NCBI RefSeq assembly: GCF_009914755.1
Contig: NC_060931.1
DNA: 64,000 bases
Strand: one strand, 5' to 3'
Source of the DNA: the human T2T-CHM13v2.0 reference genome, Homo sapiens
Each line of letters starts with the position of its first letter. The stretch's first letter is position 1. The notes beneath the pieces were generated by a model. It was not told where the DNA came from. It worked only from the letters and a program-made list of their open reading frames with translations, and searched no databases. Below are positions 25,839 to 39,508 of this stretch, in pieces. The translations under genes were made by a program, and so were the position numbers.

Positions 25839-28459
25839 GATGTACTTCTCCAGGCTGCCTTTCCTGTGTGTACTGACATGCTCGCTAAAAGTCTCATTCC
25901 TTACCTCTACAGTGTAGTAGAGCCATGCACAGGCTTTTGCGTTGACAGAGCCTTTATTGGATATGTTTTGGGGAAGGAGTGATTTTCAAAAGTCTTAAAT
26001 GGAGTGTTTTTCTTGGGATAATAACTCCTTTCCACACCTAGGATTCTGTCTCCTGGGATGCTTCTATTGGTTGGGAGCTACATGAGGGAGTCTCTCCAGC
26101 AGCCCTGACTCCCTCTGTACAGAGAACCCAGGCACCACAGTGCGTGGCAGCATTCATTTCCTTCATGAGACCTCTTACCCCTCCTGGGTGTGCTCTGATT
26201 TCAGCAGTGAATCTCACAGCTCCCAAGGCATATGTAATTCAGTCTCAGTCCTATCCTGTGGAGATTTGTGCTAACAAAAGCTTGGTCCAAATCCCTAAAG
26301 AAGGACTTCTATGCAGTACATCAAAGGTCACGGGTTGGCTAAAGAGACACCCAATTTATATTCCTAAGAGAGTTAAACAACTCTGTCTTCACCATTAGAT
26401 TTTACTTTTGGGTTTTTTGTTTGTTTGTTTTATCCAGAATTAATGGGTAGATGTTAATTTTCATATGTGTGACCAAATAATTCATCCAGGTCATTTTCCA
26501 AAATAATGGAAATCTTCTCTAGAAGGCGTTTTTGTATTTTCACCTCCCATTGCAATAAACTTTCAATAAGTCACGAAATGGCTATTTTAGAATAAAGGGT
26601 ATTTTTTCCTCTCCATAGTTATTGGAGACTTTAACATCTTACTTTAATGTCATTATATTAACAAAATGATAGCTTTATACGTATTAATTCATTTAATACT
26701 CAGTTACCTTCTGAGATAGACATAATTATTAACCCAATTTTCCAAGCGAATCTCGTAAGTCTCAGTTTTCACCAGTGTTTTCTTCAGAGTCAAAACTTTG
26801 AAATAAAGTTCAAAACTATAGAAAAGTTGGAAAGGTAGTACAATGCGCAGCCAGAGACGCTTTTCCTGCAATCACTAACCATTTTACCTCATTTACTTTC
26901 TCTCTCTCTCTTTCTCTGGCATAGAGGCACATTTTCTACTTTTATTAATTTTTGCTGAAATATATGAAAGTAAGTTGGAGACATTAAGACACGTCATCCC
27001 TAAGTCTGATTACAAAAGACTAGATACTTCTAGATGACTCTTGGAAGCCACAACTTTAGATCATACTCTTTCTTCTATTACTTGAGCTTAAAATATTCTT
27101 CTGGCTTTGTGTCACTAGTACTTTCACCTGTATCAAATGACCTTATTGTCTTCTGTCCCTGCAATCCCACTGTCTCATCTTGGGATACTGTATATGCTTA
27201 CAAACATGCAACTTCAGAAATAATTGGTATACACTGCTAGTCAGCATGTACTGCTAACGTCTGCCATTTTTCCAGGCCACGGTGAATGACAGAGAACTTG
27301 AAGCTTGCTCTAAGGGTAGACTTAGAGTCTGTTCAATTCCTTCTATCCTATACAACAGGATCCAACCCCAGAGGCCTGAGTAATAAATAAAAAGTTTTCA
27401 GAGGTCTGAGAACTTTGGCTACTCTAGAAAGTTTAGAAACCACGCGGTTATAGACTTCACTTGATAAACCTGGAACAGTTCTGCAGGAAGGAGAAACAAC
27501 TGAGCTGCTGATAGGAGGACTCATTTGCAAATTCTGGAAAGCCACAATTCTCTGTTAATGACCTGCATATTGCCATTAAGATGATACATTGGGGCATTAC
27601 AATGTAGCCATTTCCTGAGGTGGGGCACCAATGTGGGTGGTCTTTTCTGTGGGCAAGGAAAGAATATGCCATTTTAGTATGCCATTTTCAATTGTATGTA
27701 ATATAATAGTAGTCATGTTCCACATCTATCACATCTTTTAAAAATCATAGGGAACTTTTTATATGAAGCAGTGTTGTAAGAATTGCACACAAATGCAGCT
27801 CTGTGGCTTCAGTGTTTGCTGAAGGTAACAGTTTCTCCTTCTAAATTTACTGTCTTTTAATGTCTATTCCTAAACTATGTAAGTTTAGCAATAATTTCTA
27901 CATAAATTTTTAAACTCTCCAGCAACATAGCCATTTTTACTCTCTATCCTATGCTATGTGGTGTGATTGATCCCTAGTAGAGGTAATTTATCTGATTTCC
28001 CCCTCCCACCCCCACTTTTTTTCTCTCAAGCAGAATCGGCTCTTACCACATCTCCTGGTTTGGTTGGACTGACTTTTTTCTGGAGCACCTCTCACTTGTG
28101 GAAGTAATTTGTGCAAAAGCATCATTTGCTAGTGGGATCGGTAGATTTTCTCTGAGACTTTAGTTGCTGCTGATGTGACTCCATGAAACCGCTATTACCT
28201 GCACCCTAAGTGCAAAGCCCACTTCTTCCTTCTGGGCTATTTTTTTGAAGTTACTGCTCCTAGTAATGCTTGCAATGGCTTTCTGCTCCCACAGAAACCT
28301 GGAAGAAACTTTGTTGGAAAGTGGGGTGTGGGTTTTGTTATATCCACCAGAATCCAGGATGCCAACTCTTGTGCCCAATAGGACGCTACTGCCTTTAGGA
28401 GAAACAGAGGGAGACGGAGCCGCGATCTAAACCTGAGTTTCCGAATGCCACCAACTCTG

Positions 28460-28700
28460 TACTAATGAGTAACGTTTATTGAGAATTTATTTGTCAGATG
28501 CTAATGTAAGCACTTTATACATGCAAACTTACATAATCCTCACAACCACCCCAGGAGGTTCATATTATTACCCTCTCCATTTACAGAGGAGAAAATTGAG
28601 GCACAGAGAGGTTAAGTAACTTGCCCAAGGTAACACATTTAAAAAATGGTGGAACCAAGTAGCATATCCAGGCAGTTTCACTTTAGACTTTCCTTTCCCT
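28460..28700. mobile_element. MIR
   Basis: atttacagaggagaaaattgaggcacagagaggttaagtaacttgcccaagg. Confidence 0.8.
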
Positions 28701-29343
28701 GAGCAATCCTCTTTCACCTCTTCTTGATAAGATCTAGATACAAAGATTCCACTTTCCACTCTGGCAGCTGATATGGGGTAAAATCAGTAGTTGAGATGGT
28801 GGCCTTCATTCCTTTGTCCCCAGGCACTGACACCTGCTTTCCATTGTTCCGCGGTTCCCACTGTCGCTACCACACAGAGACATTCTATCAGGCTACTCTT
28901 ATGCAATTGGACTTCTGCTGAAAACCATTTCTCTTGGACCTGAAAAAGTTTTGACAGTTGACATTTTATAAATTTCATCAGAGTGTAACATAACCGGCTA
29001 TTTAATAAACTCTATTGTGAAGCCTTGAGAAAAGTGAAAGGAGCCGTTTGTCAGATAATCATCTTGCCTTAATGTCTCCTGATGCTCAAAATGCAAGGTG
29101 TAGCTGAAATTGACCTGTGGTCATACTCCTTCTCTGCTGGCTGCTAAATGTATTTATTCCCCATGCTTCATCCTTAGTGAGAACTTTCTGAGGGATTATT
29201 TTTAGTTTAACATCATACATTTTTGCCCTGTAGACTACTATAGGTGCTACTAAGTCATGCTTCGTTTTACTGATAAGTATTATTTTACTAATACATTAAG
29301 GATATTTAATGTATCAAATTGATAACATTTTATGTTTCAGATT

Positions 29344-29361
29344 ACACACACACACACACAC
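29344..29361. repeat. (AC)9 microsatellite
   Basis: acacacacacacacacac read directly. Confidence 0.9.
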
Positions 29362-29914
29362 CCCAGCACCCAAGCATGAAACGCCATATCAGAGCCACCT
29401 ATTGGAAACTCGTTAGCAGCTATCAGATTGGAGTTACATTCAGTCCATTGAAAAAGGAGACACTTTGAAATAGCCCCTACGGAATTTTCATCTTTTTATT
29501 CGTAACTGATTTCTTATTACTAAATAATTGATGCCAAGATTAATCAAGAAAAATCACAAGCTGTTTTCATAAATAAGGCCTACACTATGGGAATAGTTTC
29601 AGCCCTTCAGGAAATGACATAGTGCACTTCCTCATAAATGCTCGGTAATGGTCTACTTATATTCCATTATGTTTGGCTTCTGAGTGCTATTAGGAGTTTC
29701 TTTTACAGTCTTTTCATTAAGGTAAAATGGCCATTAAAACAAGTTTTTAAAGGGCCATTTTAAAATATTTGCAGTTTGAAAAATAGAACGAACTCACTAA
29801 ACGTGTCCCTGAAGTGTTGCACCAAGCTGTGTCAAAGGAGGAAGCTTTTGACTTGGTGAAATTCTGCTTTTCAAGCCTAGTGTTCAATAAAAGCTTTTCT
29901 GTGTTCCTTTTCAG

Positions 29915-30065
29915 GTATGTGGCCAGTTGGATAGACAGAAGGCGGCATCAATCAGAAAAGGCCAATTTGACTATTCTTTTTGATAAATATGTCCCTGCAT
30001 GCTTGGATAAACTGAGAACAAGCTTTAAAACCATCACTTCAATTCCTGAGAGTAGCCTGGTGCAG
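29915..30065 (+). CDS. DNAH11: DNAH11 exon (~43): [50 protein letters not shown]
   Basis: ttttcag|G ... CAG|gtttgt. 151 nt. Phase fits both neighbours. Confidence 0.95.
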
Positions 30066-32864
30066 GTTTGTCTTCGGTTACGCCATTTAACGTTCTAGTT
30101 CTGATGCGGTAGTGTTTGTTGATCAAGACAACAGAAGATCTTGCCTTGCCCAAGAAAATGAGAAGATTTCTGGAATTGTTAGATTGCTGCAACCCTCTTG
30201 CCCCCGCCCCCATCCCCCATGTTCCCTGGATCTTTTTGCAAACCTCTATCACATTCTGTTAGTGTTTAAGTTTGTGCTCTCCTTCTTTTCACAATCTTGT
30301 GAAAGAAGGTTAGAACCATGTTTTACTGATTTTTTTTTAGTATCCCCAGATAGCTCTTAGCACATAGTAGGTGCCAGATATGTGTTTGTTGAATCACTGT
30401 GTTCCTTTCCAGTGTCTTTGCACAGAATTAGAAGAACAAAGTTGCAATAGCTTTATTTATTTTTCTGGTTCCTAAGTAACTTGCCCAGAGAAGGTGCTCA
30501 GTATGTTTTCTAATAAAACAAATTTGTGCAATTAAAGATGCCAGCCAGTGAGTAAGAGAAAGCCTCGGAATTCTACCACCTAGGTGCCACCACTCACAGG
30601 CCTCCCCCTCCCAAAAATATTCATGGAGGAGTGTCAGTCTGGATGAAGAGTTCATAATATCCCAGGGATATATTTTTTCTCATCTTCATCTTGAGACAGC
30701 TGGTAAGAGTGAGGGTTACACATAATATGTTGTCATGGAAGCCAATGAAAATAATTCACAACACACAGAAATGAAGGCTGTGATCTTCATCTCAGCATGA
30801 AGAAAAACTATCCCCAGCCCTTACAAGTAGAAGACTTCATGAAAAGGTTTACAATTAGAAACCCCCACACCCTTTTTTTGCTATAAGAGCAAAATTGCTT
30901 TCTAAGTACTTTGTTACCATTAAGTGAGTGTGTTACCAAATTTGTTTGACGCAAAATTAGAAATAGTCACAAGCATAATAAGAAGAGAAAGTTCAGGTTT
31001 TTGGATAATTCGCACACCAATTAAATAAACGATAGTCTTCAACAGTAATTATCTGAGGTATAATTTATTTTCGAAAGCAGGTCTGAATTTGTTCATTATG
31101 AATTAATTATGTAGTTAGCCTAATTAGACTCCCTCTGGTGTAATACTTGCAAAAAAGCATTATCGTGTTCTTTCTCAAGTTGACTTGTGTATTTGTGTGA
31201 TTCTCTGTGGTGTGAACTTTTCCATTCAAAAGTAGTGTGAAAATAGGTCAGTAGGAATTAATATGATTTCTGCTCTACTTCTTTCTTTTGTTGTATTCAG
31301 AAAGGGCATTTAATTTTTAGCTCCTTTTAAGCTGTTGTTTTATAGAGTAATTTCTCTTCTGTGGTTACTAATAAGTATGGAAATTTGAGACAAAAATGGG
31401 TATAAGAAGATAGTGACCTGAAATGGCTATCTTGAGAAATTAATGCACTCTGTTTTCCGATATATGACGCCTCTTTAAGTTTGGTAAGGTTTATTAACTC
31501 TTTCAGATTACTCATTAAAGTACGTTAAATGCTGACACAGAACTCAAAATATATTTCAAGTACTGTGGGAGAAAATAGAAGAAACACATGGCCGTATTCG
31601 TGTGTTCATCTCAGCAGATAGCGTCACGTTGAGACCCTTCAGTCTTTTTTGTTTTGATTTCAACAGTGCCTTAGAACAACATGGCTTCTACTAAAAAATA
31701 ACAAAGCCTCAGAGTTTTACACTGTTTTTCTTAATAGCAAATTGGTGAGTTTTTTTCTATTAAAAGATTATTTCAAATTGGCAAATGTGGCACAACATGA
31801 AATAATAGAAGTCAAGAAAGAAGATTAAAGAATATAATAGGTGCTCAATAATTTAAATGAAAAGTATTTCCCCATCTTCTGTGGCAAGGAAGGAAAGGCA
31901 CACACACAGTGCTGACCTGATCTGTGATCGCTTGCGTTGCTGTGTGTATAATAGAGATGAAAATCTATCGTTGCCTGCAAAAACTGGGGGAAGAGTCTCT
32001 TGAGTTTTTAGGATCTGTAACAGTGCTAATTAATGACGACTTTCTGTGCTTTAGAGAGCTAGCCCCAGAACCTGTTCATTACTGGTTATTATTTCACATG
32101 GTGAAGGCCTCTGCAGCAGCCGCATTCCCCTCATTGCTGGCGCAACTGCCCTAAGCATGGGCTAGGTACATGAGGACCGCCCAGCACGTTGCCATTTCAC
32201 CTGGAGAGTATGAAGAACACGTTCCTGAGTTCCTGAACAGCATTTCTTTCAAGGTTAAATTTAGTTTGGTGTCCAAAAAACTGCCACAGGCTTAAGCTGC
32301 CAGTCCAACATTCTAAATTTATGACAACGGGTGGGAAACTGGCTGCCAAAGCGCTTACCGAAAGTGGTTTATCTGAATGTCCAACAAGAAGGAAATAGTA
32401 AAATAAATGCCTCTTCATCCAATGGAATCCTCTGCATCCATTCCAGTGGTGGTGTAGAGTAACACTTATTGATAAGGAAAGATGTCTTCAGTTTTTAATC
32501 AAGGAAGTGGATTATAGAATACTATTTAGAAAATGATTTCCTATTTATAAAAAAGTGAATATGTACCCTTTTTTTTTTTTGCTTATGTGTGATTTTGGTT
32601 TGTATACTGATTATTAACTGGATTGTTTAAAATTTTGTTTTTAAAAAATAGTTTATTACCTAGATCATTTTGGTTGAAAGTGACAAGTTTTCTACTGTTA
32701 ACTTAGACACCCAAGGTGGTAATTTTTGTCTCTCCCAATGTAGCAAATCACAGCTGGGAAAAACTATGTACTCTCTTAAGGATAAAGTGGAGTTGTAAAA
32801 ATATTCTTTGAACTTCACTATTTTAAAAAAATGTTGCCTTATTTGACTATTTCTTTTTCTTTAG

Positions 32865-32996
32865 ACTCTATGTGTTCTTTTGGAGTGCTTGCTGACTCCT
32901 GAAAATGTACCTTCTGACAGCCCAAAAGAAGTTTATGAAGTCTATTTTGTATTTGCTTGTATCTGGGCTTTTGGAGGCACCCTGCTACAAGATCAG
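32865..32996 (+). CDS. DNAH11: DNAH11 exon (~44): [44 protein letters not shown]
   Basis: ctttag|ACT ... CAG|gtatgt. 132 nt. FACIWAFGG motif. Confidence 0.96.
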
Positions 32997-33559
32997 GTAT
33001 GTTTAGAAATAGTTTACAGGACCAGTTTCCAGTTTTGTGTGGGACAGGGTCATGGGGAGGTTAAAACATGTGATCTGTACCTTTTTGTTATGTTATAGAT
33101 CTATACTGCTTGCCCTGTTCTCTCCTAAGTCTATGCATTCTCTGGGTAGTCCCATCCCTGATGGTTCTAACCCCAGCTGACAATGCCAAATCCATACCCT
33201 CCAGCCTGGCTGTGTCTTCTGAACTGAAAGTTCTGTGTTTCTGGCTGCTCTGGGGCCTCGCCTTCAGCATGCTGTTCTACAAGAAGCCCCACTCAGTGTG
33301 CCTGAGACAGATCTCCTCCTCTGCCCCATACTCCAACTTGCCCCTGCTCTTCCTTCTTTTCTTTTGCTCAGTGGTACATTCTTCCCGGTAGCTCCAGTTA
33401 AAAACGTGGAAGACATCACTCTTCCTGATTTCTGTGTCCTGTGATCTCAGACCCTTTCAGTTTCACCTGTGAAATAGCTGCCAACCCTATTCCCTCTTCT
33501 CCATCCCTGCAGCCTAAATTCAGGAGCAAAGCATCTTTAGATTGCTCTGGTTATCATAG

Positions 33560-33943
33560 TGTCTTAGTAGCTCAGATCGCCATAACAAAATACCACAAAT
33601 TGGGTGACTTAAGCAATAGAAATTTATTTCTCACAGTTCTGGGGACCAAAAGTCCAAGATTATGGTGTCAGCATGGTTGAGTTCCAGCAAGGACTCTCTT
33701 CCCACCTTTCAGACCGCCACTTTCCCGCTGTGTCCCCATGTGACAGAGAGAGAAAGACATACTGGTTTCTCTTTTAATGAGGACACTAATCCCATCATGA
33801 GGACCCTGTATTCATGACATCATCTAAATCTAATTATGTCCCAAGGCCCCACCACCAAATATCATCACACTGTGGGGTAGGGCTTCAAAATATGGATTTG
33901 GGGGTGGGATGTGGGAGGGGGGATCACAATTCGGTTTGTAGCA
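33560..33943 (-). mobile_element. MaLR solo LTR (MLT1A-like) inside an L2 fragment
   Basis: tgtcttagt...gccataacaaaataccacaaattgggtgacttaagcaatagaaatttatttctcacagttctgg. Confidence 0.85.
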
Positions 33944-36697
33944 TTTGATAATCTTCAAATTGGTCTCCCTCTCTCCAGTCCCTCTTACTTCTAACCAGTC
34001 TCACACACTATTCCCAGGATAGTCATTTGTGAACCATAGTCAACCCTGGGTCAATTCCTTTTTCACTGATCTTTTTTTTAGCTGAAAGTGAAATATTCAT
34101 GCCTGTACAGATTGCTTGCATAGCCCTTTTGTGGCTTCTGATTTCCTGTGGGAAAACACTTGAGACAAACATTTGCACCAGCACACAGATCCCACGAACT
34201 GCTTAGACTTACCAAAGTGCAAAGTGGGAATTATTCAACTTTAGAAATTTGCAGATCTAATTGCCACCGTGCACCTCTATGTGTAATTTTTCTCATGTGA
34301 TCTTTACAATGGTTCTTCAAGGTATCCTCATTGCACAAATAAAGTAAAGCTCAGAGGGGCAAAGTAACTTGCCCAAAGTCACGCTGATGGGAAATGGCAA
34401 CATCAGGATTCCCACCCAAGTGTGTCTTTCTCCAAAAGCCACACCTTCCATGGTACCTCAGGGCCTCTCATGGTTCATAGTGCTTCTATGGGTACCCCTG
34501 AATTTTTACATTAAAAATAGATAGCACACATTTTCCAGGCTTCCTTGCTCTTTCCAGGTGTAAATGGGGCATTTACATTGAAAGGCATCGCAGCCAAGAG
34601 TGACCTATATTTCTGTTGGTTTGTTCACTGTAGATCAGAAAATAAATGGTTGATATAATCTGTTGGCCAGTTCCACTTCTCGCCACTAGGTTACCATAAC
34701 TCATGCCTATTATTATAATAATATAGTTGGAATTCACTTGGCCTCCTAGATCTTATTTCAGCCATTCTCAGAAGCCAGATTCCTTCTGTAATTTCCAAGT
34801 GCTTTCTAAAGATTAGCAGCCAATACTGTGTGAGAGTCAAGTGTTCGTGTCAGGGACTTCATGTGGCTTTCTCAGAGGCACGGTTTACAACATGTGTGGG
34901 TTTCTTGTTAATGGAGGCCACATGCAGACAGAAGGCAACCCTCCTTCTCCACCAGGTATTTCTTTCAATATTTACCCTTTTCTCCCTTTCTGGGACTGTA
35001 AAATCAGGTGGGATGTTGATAGCGGACATCTTCCCCCTCCTGCTCATAACCCCTCACCTCCCTCCCAGCTGACCCTCTTTTAATCTTTCCAGTTTCCAAA
35101 TGTATCAGCCTTACCCCCTAGTTATATAAGCTAGAAGCTGGATATCACTGGCACCTTCCCTTCGCTAATTAATAGTCAACATGAGCAGCAATAGCAGCTT
35201 AACATTTTCAAAAGGGCTCTAACTACAGAGCATTTAAAACAGAGGCTATGAGGTTGGCAATATGCATGAAACAGACACAATAAATGTTCTCAGGATAGCC
35301 ACTTGGTAGCTTAACAAATTGAGTGTCTAATATGTGTCAGGGAATGTGCTTAGAGCTTTTCATAGGGCACCTCATTTACTCTTCAAAAACTATAAAACTC
35401 TATATGGATTGGTACAACTCTTCTTTTACAAATAAGGAACTGAAGCTTAGAAAGGTATTTTAATCTGCTTCCAGGCACAAAGCTAACCCATGTCTAAGCC
35501 AGGTTCAAACAGCAGCGGACTGACTCAGGACCTATGTTCTTCAGCCATTGCAGCCAACCTCCAAAACAAGTTTCAAATCAACTTTATCTGAACTCCCATA
35601 AACTGCCGTCATTTCTCACTTGGCTTCTGAAGTAGCCTCCTCACTGGGCTTTCTATTTCTGCATTTGTTCTGATAATTCATCATCCACTCAGCAGTCAGG
35701 GTGATTTTTTGAAATGCACGTGAAATCCTATGATATACTCCAGAGTTGAAAACACTTGAATGGCTCCTTGTTGCCTTTAAGATTACATTTCAAATTTTAA
35801 TTCTATTTACAAGGCCTCTGAATCTAGCCCTGCTTAGCTCTCCCTATTTCTTCCTCTGCCACTTCCCCCACTCCCCCACTCCCCCACCCCTCCACCCCCA
35901 GCTACAGGGTCCAGTTTCTTGAGCACACCAAGTTCTTTCATACCACAGGAACTTTGTACATGCTGGACTCTTCCTTAAACGGCACTTAAAGATGCCTTCC
36001 CTGAACATCCAATTAAAATAGGTTGCCTCTGTTATTCTCACTTACAGCAAACTTTACTTTCAAGGCAACTGTTGATGTCTGCGTTTGTTGGCTTAGCCTC
36101 AGCTGGACGACACATCTTCATGTTCCTCTCCTCTATGTTCCCCATAAACTCTGTGAGAGGAGAGACTCTGTTGGTTTTCTTTTCTACTTTAGAACAGATG
36201 CGTTTTAGTTGAATTAATTAATGAATGAAAGATTTGTCACCAAAATCATTTTGCCTATATGTAGTGGTTAGGTGAAGCAAAGTTTGATATCAAGTAAAAG
36301 TTAAATGTAGTCTGCCTGCAGAGAATGGTGTCACATAAGTAATATCATCTGAACTGTCCTGGCTCAAGACCAACTTTTGTAGGGTGAAGAAGTATCTTCT
36401 ACCACCAATCTGAAAATAATTTAAATGAACCTAAAGTCATAACTCATGCATGGGGTGGTAGAAGGAAGCTCTCAGCTGGTTTGGAAGATGGTGGGGCAAG
36501 CTCTCCCTGCAAACACCGATCACCTCCTTCTGCCCAGTTTATAGGCCATAATCCAATGACATAGGGACGTCAAAGTAAAAGCAAGTTTAAAAACTTCTGT
36601 GGAGAAAAATCACGGTTGAAGTCATAGATAGAAATGAGATTGCTGAAAGCAGTAGACACACACAGTATTTTTAAGAGTTCATCAAACTCACTATTTT

Positions 36698-37282
36698 AGG
36701 TCATGCTATGGATATAGGAGTCACTGGGCCAGGTCTCCTGTGGATATAAGAGGTACAGAGCCAGGTCATCGTATGAATATAGGAGTCGCTGAGCCAGGTC
36801 ATCCTATGAATGTAGGAAACACTGGGCCAGGTCATCTGTGGATATGGGAGTAACTGGGCCAGGTCATCCTATGAATATAAGAGTCACTGGGCCAGGTCAT
36901 CCTATGAATGTAGGAGTCACTGGGCCAGGTCATCCTATGAATGTAGGAGTCACTGGGCCAGGTCATCCTATGAATGTAGGAGTCACTGGGCCAGGTCATC
37001 CTATGAATATAGGGGACACTGGGCCAGGTCATCCTGTGGATGCATAGAGGTATCACTGGACCAGGTCATCATGTGGATATGGCAGTGACTGGACCAGATC
37101 ATCCTAGGGATATAGGAGTCTCTGGGCCAGATTATCCTATGGATATAGGAGTCACTGGGCCAGATCATCCTGTGGACATGGGCATCACTGGGACAGGTCA
37201 TCCTGTAGACATGGGCATCACTGGGCCAGGTCATCCTGTGGACTTGGGCATCACTGGTCCAGGTCATCCTGTGGATATAGAA
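36698..37282. repeat. 33-bp minisatellite (VNTR), ~18 copies, consensus gtcactgggccaggtcatcctatgaatrtagga
   Basis: Units read directly. Central copies are identical and flanking copies diverge. One 37-bp unit lies near 37045. Confidence 0.97.
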
Positions 37283-38082
37283 GGGTTTTTCTAGTTGTTG
37301 CTCACAGTTGTCCTTTTCTTTATTTTCCAACCCTAATCTAGCAGTAAATGGCTTATATCTATACTGATATTAAAGCAAGCACCTCCCAGTAAAGAGAGCC
37401 TGTTCCTTGCCAATATAAATCTCTCTGGAGGCTGAAAGTTGATCCCTATGCAGTTTTCAGCTGGACCCCTTAGATTTGGTCTGGTGGGAAACCAAGCCCA
37501 TGCGTTTATCCATTCCTCCATCTCTCATGGCAGGGATTCCCAGATTTAGAATTCCAGAGATCAACAGAGTTTCAATAATGATGTGTAGGAATGGTATAGA
37601 GTTGCCAGTTGTTTACTTTTCTAAGCAAGAGCATTTATGAAAATAACTATCACCATAATTTTATAAGGGAAAAATATTTTATCATTGAAAGGGCCAGAGA
37701 AGCTATAAGCTCAGAACAAAGGACAGTATTTAAATCAAATAATGTCATTAATTTTTAAAAAGTACTCCATTCTTATTTTTCCCATTTTCCCATAAATTGA
37801 TGTGAACATTGGTAGAAGTGAACACCACCGTTACAATAGTGACTACCTAGCATAGGAATTTGCATAATACGTTGTCATTAGATTGAATAACGAACAGGTA
37901 ATCTGGCGTTCACCTAACTTTACCTTGCTTTTTAAGTTAATTATTTCACAAAATTTGTGCTTGATGGGTATATGGCAATTTTAGGTTTCTACCCCTATGA
38001 TATTGTTACTCATAATTTGTTTCTTTTTTTACAGTTTTAATTACTTTGAGTCTGCAATAAGGATTTCTTTTGTTCTCCTTAG

Positions 38083-38256
38083 ATTTCTGATTATCAAGCT
38101 GACTTTAGTCGGTGGTGGCAGAAAGAGATGAAAGCAGTGAAATTTCCGTCGCAGGGAACAATCTTTGATTATTATGTGGACCACAAAACTAAGAAATTAT
38201 TGCCCTGGGCTGACAAAATTGCCCAGTTTACTATGGATCCAGATGTGCCTCTGCAG
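38083..38256 (+). CDS. DNAH11: DNAH11 exon (~45): [33 protein letters not shown]...DPDVPLQ
   Basis: ccttag|ATT ... CAG|gtaggt. 174 nt. Confidence 0.96.
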
Positions 38257-38279
38257 GTAGGTGTGTGGAACATAGCAAT

Positions 38280-38692
38280 TGTATTAGTCCGTTTTCATAT
38301 TGCTATAAAAAATACCTGCAACTGGGTAATTTATAAAGAAAAGAGGTTTAATTGGCTCATGATTCCACAGGCTGCCCAGGAAGCATGATGCTGGCATCTG
38401 CTGAGCTTCTGGGAAGGCCTCAGAAAATCACAGGGGAAGGGGAAGCGGACACTTCACTTGGCCAAAGGGGAAACAAGAGAAAGTGAGGGGGGAGGTGCTG
38501 CACACTTTTAAATGGCCAGATCTCATGAGAACAAATTCACTTTCATTAGAATAGTACCAAGACGGATGGTGCTAAACCATTTATGAGAAACTGCCCCCAT
38601 GACCCAATCACCCCACACCAGGCCCCACCTGCGACATTGTGGATTACAATTCAACATGAGATTTGGTGGGGTCATAGATCCAAACCATATCA
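38280..38692 (-). mobile_element. MaLR solo LTR (MSTB-like)
   Basis: tgtattagtccgttttcatattgct...gatccaaaccatatca. Confidence 0.88.
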
Positions 38693-38850
38693 CCGATATT
38701 CAAGTGAAGTGTGCTGATGTGATCCCTTTTTTAAAAAAAAGTCTTTTTTTTTCTTTCTTGCCTGATGAATAAGTTATTGTGTTAATATGCTCAGCATATG
38801 ACATATATCACTGGCAGAGAAGAATCTCAGCTATAAGAATGCCTAGTGAT

Positions 38851-39508
<658 letters not shown>

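Noticed and set aside
36698-37282. Repeat array as a CRISPR-like locus or as a repetitive protein (VTGPGHPMNVG / HRMTWPSDSYI ORFs)
   Set aside because: The units are head-to-tail with no unique spacers, in primate DNA. Open frames on both strands follow from a 33-nt (11-codon) stop-free period, and the frame shifts at the 37-bp unit.
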